NCBI RefSeq assembly: GCF_964204645.1
Contig: NC_134032.1
Span: 6,870,275-6,934,274, forward strand
Direction: 5' to 3'
DNA: 64,000 nt
Source of the DNA: Tubulanus polymorphus
Lineage: Eukaryota > Animalia > Nemertea
Within the stretch, counting starts at the first letter, position 1, and each line of letters starts with the position of its first letter. Position numbers and translations under genes: made by a program. The notes beneath the pieces are model-generated. The model did not search any database, was not told where the DNA came from, and saw nothing but the letters and a program-made list of their open reading frames with translations. Positions 51,001 through 63,760 of this stretch are shown here, one piece after another.

Positions 51001-52446
51001 ACGCTTTTTCGTTTGTTCATTTTCATTAATCCATATATGAAAGTATTTTCATATGCCTTCCCTTCTGATGGTCTTAAATTGATAAAACCAGTTCTTATTA
51101 TTCCTCAGACTTCTATCAATTAATATTATGATATGTTGTATATCGGAGACATCAATTTCACTACATGTACCTTAGATTTAAAAAGTTGATCATGATCGGC
51201 CACACTGTATATTTCTTGTGTCTGAATGCGTTAGTGCCGTCCATCGTTAGGGCCAATCCTAGGCATCGCCTATCACCTTGGAACAGTCCATTCTCATAAA
51301 AGAGACGTTGCCATGTTTCCGTTTGATGCAGGTTGAATATTCTATTAAAATAATGTGTAGATATATTTTAGTAAGCTGATGATGACGTCAGTAATAGGGA
51401 TAATAGGCTTTCAGATCAAAGGTCGAAGGGTCGAGTGAGTAAAAAATGAAAATGACTATAATTTACAGTTGAATCTAACTCATACAAATATGAATATTGA
51501 AATAATGTTGTAAATATATCTATATATCTATTATATAAGAGCTTACACTTTTATATTGAATAATGTATCAATTTAAATGTTATTCATTTACATGATTATT
51601 TTAAGAGTAATAGGGATAATAGGCTTTCAGGTTAAAGGTTGAAGGGGCGAGTGAGTAAAAAATGAAAATAACAATAATTAACAGTTGAATTAGGAGTGTG
51701 CGCGACTAATTCAACTGTAAATTATAGTTATTTTCATTTTTTACTCGACCCTTCGACCTTTGATCTGAAAGCCTATTATCCCTATTACTGACGTCATCAC
51801 AACCCCCCATTATGTAGAATAGTAGCTACCTACCTTTCACCATCATTTGGTCTTAAATATTCAGTGACCCTACGCGCCATGTTGAAGTGTTCATATTGTC
51901 CTAGAGAGAGATCAAAGAGATGTATTTTAACACTTCTAAACAGAATCTAGTTTTATTCATACCTAGATAAAATCAAATAATTAACCATTATGCAGATATC
52001 ATGTATCTTAGATGGTTTACCTTTCAGATATGGGATTAGTGGCATCCACGTGAATATAGTAGTCTCAGTAGACCCACATTTGTCACATCGTTCAAGATGG
52101 CGATTGTTCCTCCAAAACATCATACAACCATTTGTACACACTTTTTCGCTACGCATATTCCCGAATATATATTTTTCTAACGTCTCTAGCTGTTTTACAG
52201 AGCGTGGTGTTATATTCGGTTGGGGTAAAATGTGGTGTATCATATTCAGTGTTCTTGTCATTTCTGTTTTCGATATGCCAGTGGTTGCTCTCGCATATAG
52301 TGATGTAACAATGCCGATATACTGTATGAGATTGATATCCGAACCTTCATAAATAGGTTGTTGAAAAATCTCGTGGTCACCATAGTTACCTACATCAGCC
52401 TCTCCATCGTCATCACCACCATCATCCCCTCCATCACCATCATCCT

Positions 52447-52488
<42 letters not shown>

Positions 52489-53060
52489 CTCCATCATCAT
52501 CATCATCACCATCATCGTCCCCTTCTTCATCATCACCATTATCATCACCATCATCATCCCGTCCATCTCCCTCATCTGCTCCATCTCCAATTGCTCCATC
52601 TTCATCATTCGCTCCATCTTCATCCTCTCTATAATCATCTCCATCACCATCCCCTCCATCATCTTCAAATCTTCTATTGTTATTTCCACCATCGTATTCG
52701 GCATGATTTCCTGCACCTTCAACTGTATTTTCGATGATACCACATTCCACGCTAATCTATGTAAATAAGCATGATTTATAAAGCAATAACTTATTACTCT
52801 ACATAACATTTAGCCAGATGAAAAGGATATTTGTGGGCGAGTTGGTAAGTAAATTTATTTCGAGGTCATTAATGAGGTAGTAAATGGTTTTGCTAAATTT
52901 TATTATTATTATTTGAGTCCCAGCCATTAGGACTTGCCTTTAATTCTTTTGTACTTTCGTTAATTAGAACATCTTCAAATTTTCTCTTGTGCCTTTTCCG
53001 GGTTCTGCGGCACACCATATTGCCATGACATTTTGCACAAAAGCAGATCACCTTTGACAT
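48054..53060 (-). CDS. CACTA-2 TnpD-like transposase, multi-exon
   Basis: MSKVICFCAKC; poly-D/G tract; KVCTNGC..CDKCG; LALTMDGTN..TVWP; FLEPLITEI; GDYES..GCIKC; LDPMH; HLHHHI..FG..HMFSSES. Confidence 0.85.
51380..51799. mobile_element. Palindromic MITE-like insertion in a transposase intron
   Basis: TGATGACGTCAGTAATAGGGATAATAGGC... arm of about 95 bp, inverted at 51709-51799; extra direct partial copy at 51607-51690. Confidence 0.7.
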
Positions 53061-53412
53061 TGCAACTGAAACTATATACAATTTTAAAACTAGAATATAT
53101 TGAATATTCTTGAATGGGCTTTTGGTTGATCGCATCTACCCCGTACGTAGTTCCTTTTCGTGGGTTGAAATATTTTTTGTTTGCATTTTAAGATGGACTG
53201 GAACAAAACAAAATGATTTGAAATTCGTTTTTTATTTGATTATTTTCAACTTTGATGAAAACCTCGATGGGCTGCTGAAGAAAATAAAAACTGAAAATTG
53301 TATCCTGAACAGTTAATTGCGTGGGTTATCAGATAGATGGCGTATGGGGTAGAGACGTTCTTGGGAAAGTTGAGGCTTTTCAAAATCGACGCAGCTGGTT
53401 TTTCCTATGTTA

Positions 53413-54301
53413 GGCCAGATAAACAAATACCTAGTTTCTCAAGAAAGTCAAATGCCGCCCGCGTCATTAAGAGTGCCCAATAAACATTGAAAAGTAAAAT
53501 GTGCCCTCATCGCCAAAGCATCTATCGTGTTTTTTTTATCACAAACGCCGCTCGTCTGCATCTGTAAATTGTAACACAGTCGTTTTTTTCCTACACGCTA
53601 TGCGTCTATCATGTCAACACGCCGAACTGGTCATTGAGTTGTTAAGTCGAGGAAAATGATTGTGGCCGGATGATCGCCTCCGTTTCGATGCCGTAATAAG
53701 ACGATATCGTTTAATCTCATAAGTTTAGCGTTAATAAGCATTTGCCATATCTTCTTGTAAGTATTTGTCTTTGAGGCACCGTCTTTGGCATTGGTCTGGA
53801 ATGGTGAGCGGAAATTAACGATTGAGAAACTTTGGAGAAATATTTGGTTGTTATCAGTAGAAGTCAAATAATACTATTAGTCTGCCTGCTGGTGCTGGTA
53901 AGTCATTAAATAGCCACCGGGCAGTTCTAAAATCTTGAAATCTGCTTTTTTAAATAAATATTACAGATAGGATAAGTTACAGTGGTTTATTTGTTCAATT
54001 CGTGGATTTGATGTCACATCGCATTTTAAGGATCTCGAGCCTCCACTTAACCGTGGGTTGTGATTCGAGTTGGTTCTTTAGGCTAAAAAATTGATACCTT
54101 GTTTCTCTGCTCCGCTGAGATTAAAACCTGGCCGTGCTGGCCGCCTATCTACCCTATACATATTTTTTTAATCGTGTTCAATTTTACCTTAACAGACCCG
54201 GCAGCTATAGAAATGAACTGTTTAATTATAAAATAGGCCAATGATATTTTCCAAAATGACCCGGCCCATGCGAAGAAACTAGGTATTGTTTGTGTTTAGC
54301 C
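53413..54301. mobile_element. PIF/Harbinger-like non-autonomous element
   Basis: TTA|GGCCAGATAAACAAATACCTAGTTTC ... GAAACTAGGTATTGTTTGTGTTTAGCC|TTA; same family as 59515-60103. Confidence 0.7.
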
Positions 54302-55350
54302 TTAGACTTTTTGTTAGAAATAAGAATAACACAAGTCAACTGAAAATTTCATTTTAATTCAATTTTGAACTTTATTTGACACGTGGACCTATTCAACATC
54401 GTACATTTTCATTAATACCTGGAACCATTTTCATAAGAATATTTTAGCGTTCTGTTGGTGCTGCCATCTGTAATTCAGTTTCGAAATTATGTTATCTTAT
54501 AATTCGCATATCTTCATGAAAAGCGCCGCGAGTACGTCATCATTATTTTGTTTTAATGTCATTTTTGTTTGCCATTTGGCGAGTATGACATGCACAAATC
54601 GCGCTTTTGGTTGATCGCATCTACCGTCGGTACCTCTTTCGTATGTGCCGCTCTCCCGGTACACACCGAGCAGAATGTTCGTATAGTGCTGTAAATAAGA
54701 CAATGATAGATAATGGAGAAACTTACATACAATTTTCGTCTATATTTAGTCAAATCTGCTGATCTGGGTATAGCTGTTAACGGTGCTGCGTTGACTTACG
54801 AAGTGAATTTTGAACATCGTTAGAAACTGATTGCACTGTTGGGAGTATCATGGCAACTCGCAAAAACCGACGATTTTCCGCTAGTACTCAGTCTATCGGA
54901 AATTCGTCGGAAAATCTTCGATAATCCATTTCGTCGGAAAATTATCGGTTAATAACCGCTAAAAATCCGTTACGTAACGAATTTCGGTTATATGTATGAA
55001 ATCCATTGATCCTGAGAGACAGCTTGATGATGAAATAAGGGATTCCCTGGACTTTTTTTTGCTTGGAGTAAGGGTACCAAACACGGTGGGGGATTCCCTT
55101 AGATATTTGGCTCGGATGTACTGGCATACCTGTACTGGGATACCCCTCCTTTCTAAAGGTTTGATTATTTCAAAAGTTAGGTTGGGTATGTGGGGCGAAA
55201 ACCACTTCAATGCGTAGCTAAGATGCTGGCCTATGAGCCATAAGCAGGATTTCCCCTGAATTTACGCCCTTATATATGAACTGAACTCTCGAATTTCTTG
55301 TTTTTACTATAGGATATAGAAGATTTTGGAATAGTGGTCTGAGCTCGGTA

Positions 55351-58300
55351 TGGAGAAATATAGACAATTTGAATTTGCCTCATATGCGCGATTAACTTAA
55401 GGAGCTTCCATATATATGCGCTTAATATGTCAAAGTCGAAACTTGGTGAAGCGCACAGCCAGTCTTAAGTTTTAATGAATAAATAGAGGCGAGTGCCCTT
55501 TCGGCAAACTTATATAGAATTCTACATTGTAAAAAATAGGTTTTGCGGGGGCACCTGTGACGTGTTCGACGTGGTCCGTGGCCAAAGAAAATCACCCAAA
55601 ATGTCGAAGATCTATTCGAGCGAAGATTCGCCGTGATCAAATACATGTATAGAAAAGGAATTCATTTTTGCGAAAAAAAACATGCTTTGGGAGTGTTGAT
55701 TGCAAATTGAAAGCCTTGTTTGTATTACGACAATAAATCTTCTGTATCGTCAGATATGTTCTACGAACGGCTTTAACAGTTTTATATGTTTTACACAAGA
55801 AATTTGAAGATTAAAAAAGAAAGAAATCATTTTTTGCGAAAAACAACGTGGGAGTTGAATGTTGATTACGTATTGAGAGCCTATGGTTTTATCGATTATA
55901 CGAAAATAAATTTTTCTGTAGTTTAAAAAATGTAAGATTTCTACATTAAATCTCATGGCTTCAATAGTTTTATATGTTTTACACTAAACATTTCTTCCTA
56001 AGTATTACAACGGGTTGCATGGGTGCGGAATTAACGGAACAACGGTATTTTAAATACGGTACGGATTATAGCGAATTTTACTCGTAACGGAAAAGGGGAA
56101 TATCGTTTGAAAAACGGGAGTAAAAAACACATAAAGATACGATATGTTAAAAAGCGCACGGCATTTTACTCCCAGGGATTGGCAAAATTTCAAGTTAATT
56201 ATTCAGTACTTGTGTGGAGCGGGACGGTCATTTTGTAACACGCGGACCGCGCGCGCGCGTTATTCTCCGGGACTCGACCCTTAGTTTTTTTTTTTCAGTT
56301 ATAAAGATGTTTATTCCGAATATTGATATACATTATAATATAAGTTCCAGTGCCAAGGTACAAGTACATTATAGGCAAAATGGTTAAGTTAAACATTTAC
56401 AAGTTACAAATTCGGCGTAAACCAGACATAAATTAAGAAATGTTACACGATGGTTTATATGAGATGGCTAACAGAGCAGGTACTGTACAGTGTAGGTGTC
56501 TAATGTTGGAATTGTTGGTAGTTACTAAGAATAAATTTTGAAACATTTTTTAGCATTTGAGTGTTAGTGCGAAGGTCGAAAAGGGAGATGTTGCCGTTAA
56601 GTAGGAAGTTTATCTTATTGGTTTCAGTGAGATTTGAGATGTGATCAGTTATTTTGTTGTCGAATGAGGAAAACAGCGCGTCGATTTTTGTTTTGTGACC
56701 AGGTGACTGGCATTTAAGCATAAAGTGTTTAGTGTTAGCTGGTTTGTTACACAAGTTGCATGTTGGATTACGGACATTAATAAAGTTGTGAACATGAAGT
56801 TGAGATTTTAAAAGGAGGTCGGCGCGTAATCGGTTAAGTGAAATTTCTTCATCTCGGTTTATGTCCTTAATCAAGTAGGTTGGAACAGCAGTCGAAACTT
56901 GATGTTTGATACGAGACTTGAATAGGGAAAGCGTAGTCAGCGAGCGAAGATTATTGTCGGTGTTGTTCCAGGTGTCCATGAGTAAAAAGGAGGGAGACGA
57001 ACGAATTTTCGCACTAGTGCCGGCTGGTATGGTAAAGGGTCGATGATTTCTGATGAAGCGAGGTCGAACCGATTTGTATGTATTAAAGATAGTAGAGACG
57101 TAAGTGGGAATATTTCCTGATGAGACTCGGTACATATATGTTTGAAGTCGTTCTTTCCTACGAGTATCGAGTGTTTTCCAGTTTAGACAAGAAAGGACTT
57201 TGCTAGAATTCGAGCCACGGATACACCCGGAAACGCAAAGAGCTGCTGAGTAGTGGACTCGGTCCAGTTTTGCGAGGGAGGCTTTACTTGCACTGTTGTA
57301 CAATATGTCTCCATAGTCGAAATGAGGGCTAATGAAGGACGAGTAAATATTATTGAGATGACGGGATGTAACAAACCGGGATAAGTGCTTCAGTGGATTT
57401 ATTAATTTTTGTACCTTATTTGCTAGAGACTCCACATGGTCATTAAACGAGAGATTCTCGTCAAAGATGAATCCTAAATGTTTGTGAGTTTTTTTGCTCG
57501 GAATGACTTCGTTTCCCAACTTCAGCGCGGCAAACTTTTTAGAGCCTTTCTTACTAAAAATCATATCGACGCTTTTCGAGGGTTTAAAGGATAGGCACCA
57601 TGTTTGCGACCACTCAAAGATCTTGTTTAGGTCCGATTGCAATATAGAGTTTCCAGCTGCGGGGTTTTCTGGGTCAATTGGGATATAAAGAGAGGTGTCG
57701 TCTGCATAAAGGAACGTTTTAGAAATGAGTTTATCTGGGAGATCATTAATGTAGAGTAGGAATAAAAGAGGCCAAGATCGAACCCTGGGGCACACCAGTG
57801 TTGATATAGCCATCCGGAGATACGTCCGAGCAAGTTGAGTCGACTTTAATGCATATCCGGCGGTTATCGAGGTAGCTTGAAATCAAAGACAGCGCATTTC
57901 CAGTAATACCGTAGGATTTTAGCTTGTGGATGAGGAGATAATGAGGAAGAGTGTCAAACGCAGCAGAAATGTCCAGGAAGACCGAGCGAGTATATTTGTT
58001 GCGATTAAAATTATCGAATAAGAAGGAGGTAATAGCCAAATGTTGGTCCGCTGTCTACCCTTAGTGATGCTGTGAAACCGGCGCGCTTGTTATTCTAAAA
58101 AAAATTCGACCCGTTGCTAAGGGACTGTGCTTTTTGTGGGATTCGAATCCAGTCTTCCAATCGGTTTCTACGGAGAAATACGAACTAAAAATGATATTTC
58201 GTGAATATTCTTTGTAAATATTCTGAAAATTACACAAAATCGTTTTGTTATCCTTCATTCACGTATTTAAACTACCCGCGCGACGCGGCCCGCAAGTTTC

Positions 58301-58480
58301 GACGAAAGTTTGTCCGTGACCGTCATTTTCGTCGCCGCGATTTAGCCAATGCCCATGTGTCCCGGATGTAAACTACACTTTTTGAGAAGGACGGTATGGA
58401 GAAATATAGAAAATTTGAATTTGCCTCATACGCGCGATTAACTTAAGGAGCTTCCAGCTCGCGCCTTCGGCGCTCGCTGT
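55351..58480 (-). mobile_element. Remainder of Helitron-like unit B (55351-55410) and unit C (about 55484-58480, split by a LINE)
   Basis: Resumes TGGAGAAATATAG exactly where unit B broke at 30731; unit C is near-identical to units A and B. Confidence 0.75.
56285..58056 (-). mobile_element. 5'-truncated CR1-group LINE (C-terminal half of RT), frameshifted near 57775
   Basis: FLDISAAFDTL, GVPQGSIL, YADD, KHLG and a C-terminal CCHC-like region; AATAAA plus poly(A) at 56285-56295 (minus strand); TSD ACCCTTAG at 56277-56284 and 58057-58064. Confidence 0.93.
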
Positions 58481-58960
58481 GCGCTTATGAAGACGATCCA
58501 TAGATGCATCTTCAAAAATCAGGCAAATGTAATGTAACGATGTTCAGTTCATACTCGGACCAATTGATAATTCACTTAAAAATAAATAAAGTACGTTTAC
58601 ATAGATCGATATGATAATCAAAGACAATAATCAAGATGATAATGATTATGGTCTATCATTTAGTTAGTCAACATTTACATATTCAGTCGAGCCGACAGAC
58701 CAGTTGAGTCGAACCTGTGAGTAGTGAAATACTATTCCAAGGTACTAATTAGGCCTTTATGAAAAAACAGTTTAGAGTCCCTATAACTTCCAATTAGATA
58801 GGCCTAATCTTTAGGATAAATACTAACCAATTCAGTGGTGTAGTAAGAAAAAGAGCCAGAATTAATGCATCCTAACACAAGTATGACTCTCAAGTATAAA
58901 AAATTAGGCCTCAACCGCTTTCCATTAGGCTTACGTTAGCTACACTGTCATCACCAGGCA

Positions 58961-59190
58961 CATAGGCCTATAAACTTTGGGTGAAAATACATAGTGTCAA
59001 CATCAGGAACATAGGCCTATAACTTTGGGTGAAAATATGTAGTGTCAACATCAGGAACATAGGCCTATAACTTTGGGTGAAAATACGTAGTGTCAACATC
59101 AGGAACATAGGCCTATAACTTTGGGTGAAAATACGTAGTGTCAACGACAGGGCCATAGGCCTATAAACTTTGGGTGAAAATTCGTAGTGT
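58961..59190. repeat. 48-bp minisatellite, about 5 copies
   Basis: CATAGGCCTATAACTTTGGGTGAAAATACGTAGTGTCAACATCAGGAA repeated. Confidence 0.95.
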
Positions 59191-59514
59191 GAACAATCTA
59201 TAATCGTACACTTAATGCAATTTCTATTCCAGAATTTGTACTTTATGAAATAGTTGAATCACTTGGAATATTTCTTCAGCATAGACTATGTTGGTATGTA
59301 ATACAATGAGATGGATTGGGTAAAAACAGGTTGACAGTGTATTGAGATATAGCAAAAAATAGAATAGGCCTAACACACTGTAAAAATGATATGAGTAACG
59401 AGAAATCTAACTTTTGAAGTTCAGAAATGCCTTGAAAAATTAAACATGTAGGCCTAATGCATACTAATATTGTCAACAATCAATGACAATATGATATAAT
59501 TCATATCGGCCTAA

Positions 59515-60103
59515 GGCCACGCAAAGAAATAGCCTAGTTTCTCATCAGATTATTTTCTGGAAAGTAACAAGGGCGGGCGAATTTTATTCTTATTGCTTAG
59601 AAAAAAAAGTTTAAACAAAAAGCTCAATCCGTGACAGAAGATACGCAGGAGGGATGCTTTTTTCCAATGCCACACCAATACCAGTAATGCAAGTAGAACA
59701 TATGCAAAACACTATATTTAGAATTTAGAAGCTCCCAAAACCTTTAACATCAAACCATATCGTCACATGTAATTGAAACTGAGATAATAATTTTCGCTAT
59801 TTTCACGCTTCTTCGAAATGGTGTAAGATGAAACGAACCCTGCCACTGTTGTCATCACTGTAAAATGTGGATTACCAGTACGTAGAGGATGAGCATATAA
59901 ACGCCCGCAGAAAAAACCATACACTGCCATACATTATACAGTTATGCTGGCGAGCGGGTTAATTTTTGTTTGAAAAAAAAAGACGATTGATGCTTTGCTG
60001 ATGCGGGTGTACATTTGGTTTTTTAGTTTTTATTAGGGACTTTCTTTATGACGCAGGTGGCATTTGACTTTCTTGAGAAACTAGGGCATTTCTTTGTGTG
60101 GCC
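59515..60103. mobile_element. PIF/Harbinger-like MITE
   Basis: TAA|GGCCACGCAAAGAAATAGCCTAGTTTCTCA ... TGAGAAACTAGGGCATTTCTTTGTGTGGCC|TAA. Confidence 0.8.
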
Positions 60104-60436
60104 TAATATGAAGGATCAAGAATGAAGCTCTTTTGGATTAGAAAATTGATAATTGAATTGACCGACAACCAGTCTAGCCCCGATAATATAGTGCACATGC
60201 TCTCAAAAAATATTTAAGATTCAAAAATAAAATAAGAGTTATAAAAGTATATATACCGGCAATTACAAGAGCAATGTCAAAACTCATAGGCCTAGTTTTT
60301 ATTTTGAAACGCCAATATTGATGACGTTGTGCACATCGACTCATACAGAACCCCTCATATAACACTATACTAGGTATTGATGTAAACATAATTGTAGCAG
60401 TTTTTATACGGAGTCAAACGAAAATTACCTGTTGAT

Positions 60437-61300
60437 TTATAATTCGAAATTATATAGCTTAGAAGCATTGGTTGTAGTTATCTTTGCAACGTGGTCAATA
60501 TTGCACCCGTGCAGCTGCGCAATTGTTTGAGCAGGAAATAATATATGACCCGGATGATTGGAAGAAATATCGCGAGACACACTGCGTGGAACCAAATACG
60601 GGCTATCTGTCCATAGCAAAAGCCGATCCAATGGCAAAGACTTTGCAAAATCAGAGACATTAGGTACTGACTCTACGTGACCAGTGATACCAAAATAAGA
60701 ATTTGTGAAATGCTTTGAATAAACACGCGCCCAATGCAATCCACCAGTAAAACAATTAAAATGGATTGGCCATGTACTCGGTAGATTGTGCTTCAAAATC
60801 TCAAAGCATGCCGCAATGGATAACGATTGGTAACTTGGAATCGGTCGCTATGCGACATTGAGAAACCAAGACCCTACCTTGGGCTTCACGTGAAGCCTGG
60901 GGAGGCACTCTACTCGAGAAATCCATCCCACACTCACCCACTGCAACAACACTACGGTGTTGGAGCATCTCCGAAACCTGCTTCAAATTCAATTGAGTCG
61001 CTGAAGAAAGGGTAGCCCGTTTAGGGTGCAAACCCACCGCACTGAAAATACGAACGGTACAGGAGATACCGGTTCTACAATGTTATTGAAATTAGTAATG
61101 ACCGCCTTTAACTGGGGCGGTACCAGAGAAGGGGTCAATGATAGACCCGAAGTTGGAAAAAGTTTGTCTAAATGACAGTGACTTTCAATAATCGATGATT
61201 TAAAGTGTAAATGCTTAAATCTAGAGCACTTTACCTTACACTTTCCATGCGCTGACTTTACTGACTCGCAGATGCCCTTCGGAACTCGGAAAATATCCAT
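60437..61300 (-). pseudogene. Intronless TatD-family (TATDN2-like) DNase, frameshifted
   Basis: IIESHCHLD, GLHP, AVGECGMDF, LPIVIHC, HFNCFTG, YFGITG, LPLDRLLLWTDSPYL and NHPG spread over three frames; canonical ETD reads WTD. Confidence 0.88.
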
Positions 61301-63656
61301 TCGGCCTCTTTAAATCTTCCAATTAAATCTGGAAATTCAAAATAATCAAAAGAAGATGGCGGGAAGTGGTAATGGCTTAATGCAACTCCTCAAAACCACT
61401 ATATTGAATTGAATTGGACAACCACAATTAGGGTCGAATCCCAACGCGAGTAACAATTTTATTGGACATGTATCGAGTTGGGTTACGCTATGCAATGATT
61501 TTAAGGTAACTAGAAGATAAATCACATTCTTAACTGAGTGGAAATAATTAGTCTCTTAACATGAGAAAGGAAAAGCAAGAACCTTTTTTAAAAAGCTTTG
61601 GACAATCTTCTCACTGACCAATCCAGGCTCGTATATTATAATGATGGCCCCAGGCCTGTGTTGGAAATTACGAAGATGGCAGCGTTAGTTTTGAAGTTTT
61701 TACAATTTCGAAGGCAATTATTATAGGCGCCTATATCAAATTATAAATCATTTTCTATAAAGGCCTTCTTTAAAAGGCCTAAACCGTCACAGACTAAGCT
61801 TCAAAGTGACTTACCAATAGTTATTTTTCGTTGCTGCCACATCATTCTCTCTGTGGGAGCCACGTAGACCTATGAAAATTATTGAAAGTGATGGTCCTGC
61901 TTATAAAATGACAACTCAACCATACACGACAAAAGTTGGAGGTCAACAAAAACTAACAAAGACTGGATTCGCCTCACTGTCGAATGAATCGCGGTTAGAT
62001 TTTATGTTGCAAATCACGCGTTTGGGCCATTCTTCTCAATTTCTCCCAGGAAACCTATTAATTGTGTATGTGTGTGTGTGAATAAAAAAATGAATCTTTC
62101 GAACTTTCGAATTTGAAAAACGCCAAACACGATTAACTTCATTTTATCAAAATTAAAATTTATTATCATAAAATCACACAAGTAGCTGTGACGAGGCAGT
62201 CAAATATATATTGAATGCAAAGTCATTTTAAGAAGACACTTTCTAGAATCCACATATACGCGTTTATCAAAGGGACGTCCTCCGAGATTTCAGAATGTAT
62301 TTATTTCGTGAAATTTCGACCAAGATTGGGTCGTTGAATAGTTTAACAATGAACCGCGTCGATCGAACGAGTTCAAAATAGCTGAAATTCCCTTAGCAAC
62401 GGGAGCGAATTCATGATAAACAAACCACGCGCCGGGGCCCGGTTCAGCCATCGCAGGCTCGAATCCCGGAGAATTACGCTCTCGCGCGCGCGTGCGACAG
62501 TCAACCCCAGCCGCAGCGCTGGAATATGTAATCATTTATCAAATCTAATGACCCTAAAACTGCGATGAGTCGCGATGCCGTACGATTTGCTTAAAATTTC
62601 ACGGCAGCTCGGCGGCCGGCGGATGGATCGGCACGGTCTCGCTCCGAGGAGCAGCGACATCGCTGTCGGCAAAAACATTAGTCTCCGCCCCCTTCTTTCA
62701 CCAAATAAGGAATTCGGTACCGCTGGCCACGTGCACTATTAATTTTGAGCCGTAGATTCCCGGTACTCGACATTCCCCGAGAATTAGAAACAAATAAATA
62801 TTTTTCGCGAGAGAAATCAATTTTTGTATTTGACATTTCAATTTTACTGCTGATAATTTATTCGATTTTTTTTCTGGCAGAAAAAAATTATGCGATTGAT
62901 GCGTTTCAACGTGTCATTCATTTTTTCTCGTCTTCCTTTACTTTTCAAATGGAGCTCATTTCTAAATTAACACCAGGTCAAATTCTTCAATATTGCAAAC
63001 CGTCTCAGTTTCACCATAATGTCGGTTTTTACATTTCGGGTTTTACAAAGTGGTTTAAACCATTAAAAAATTCCTGATACAATCTAAATCGAAATAGTAA
63101 TCTTTTTAGCAGTGGTAAACCGACCTGCCCCGGGTAGCGAAAGACCAGTTTATATTTAGTTAAGAAATGGGTCAAGTTTTTTTCATAGAAAATTGAATTT
63201 CATTTGATCTACAGATCAAATGAACAGGTTCGTCATAATTTTCCTAATCAAAATATACGCCAAAATTTTCAATATCCAGAAATTAATCGAACCTTAAAGT
63301 TGAAGTTTCATCTTCTTTCTCCCACCACTTATGGCATTAGTTTTCATTTTTCCAAGCTTAACAATAAGAATTGATTTAATTTCTTCAATAATTTAATGCT
63401 CGGGGCCCAAATCTACAGAACAATTTCAATATCGAAATAAAATTCATAGTCTTCAAGAGTTTCTTTCCAGTTTCATTGACAAAAATTAATTATATCGGTG
63501 TTCCTTTAGTCAGTGACACTATTTTGAGTGTTTTTGTTACACTCCATACGTGAACGAGGTTGTTTTCGAATCGTTATGATTTCTTAATCTTAGTATGAAA
63601 AATTAAATCAAGCTGCAGTGACGAAGCGTCCGTCACTTAGATTTCATCTATTACAT

Positions 63657-63658
<2 letters not shown>

Positions 63659-63710
<52 letters not shown>

Positions 63711-63760
63711 CAACAGAATTACAATAGGGTTTCTACAATACAGCAGGAACCCTAAATATC
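63659..63760 (-). repeat. (AAT)n microsatellite with adjacent hairpin, resembling the 5' end of a Helentron-associated (HINE/DINE-like) element
   Basis: About 17 AAT units followed by TAGGGTTTC-N13-GGAACCCTA. Confidence 0.5.

Larger units (their letters stand above)
44715..54966 (-). mobile_element. CACTA element CACTA-2, divergent relative of CACTA-1, right terminus missing
   Basis: Starts CACTATTGGCCGATTT like CACTA-1; same gene set; right subterminal repeats at 54860-54966 but no final GGCCAATAGTG. Confidence 0.88.

Noticed and set aside
55330-55339. AATAGTG as the right terminus of CACTA-2
   Set aside because: Lacks the GGCC of the TIR, is followed by GTC rather than the expected GTA, and lies about 360 bp from the subterminal repeats; better explained as the TIR of the host element.
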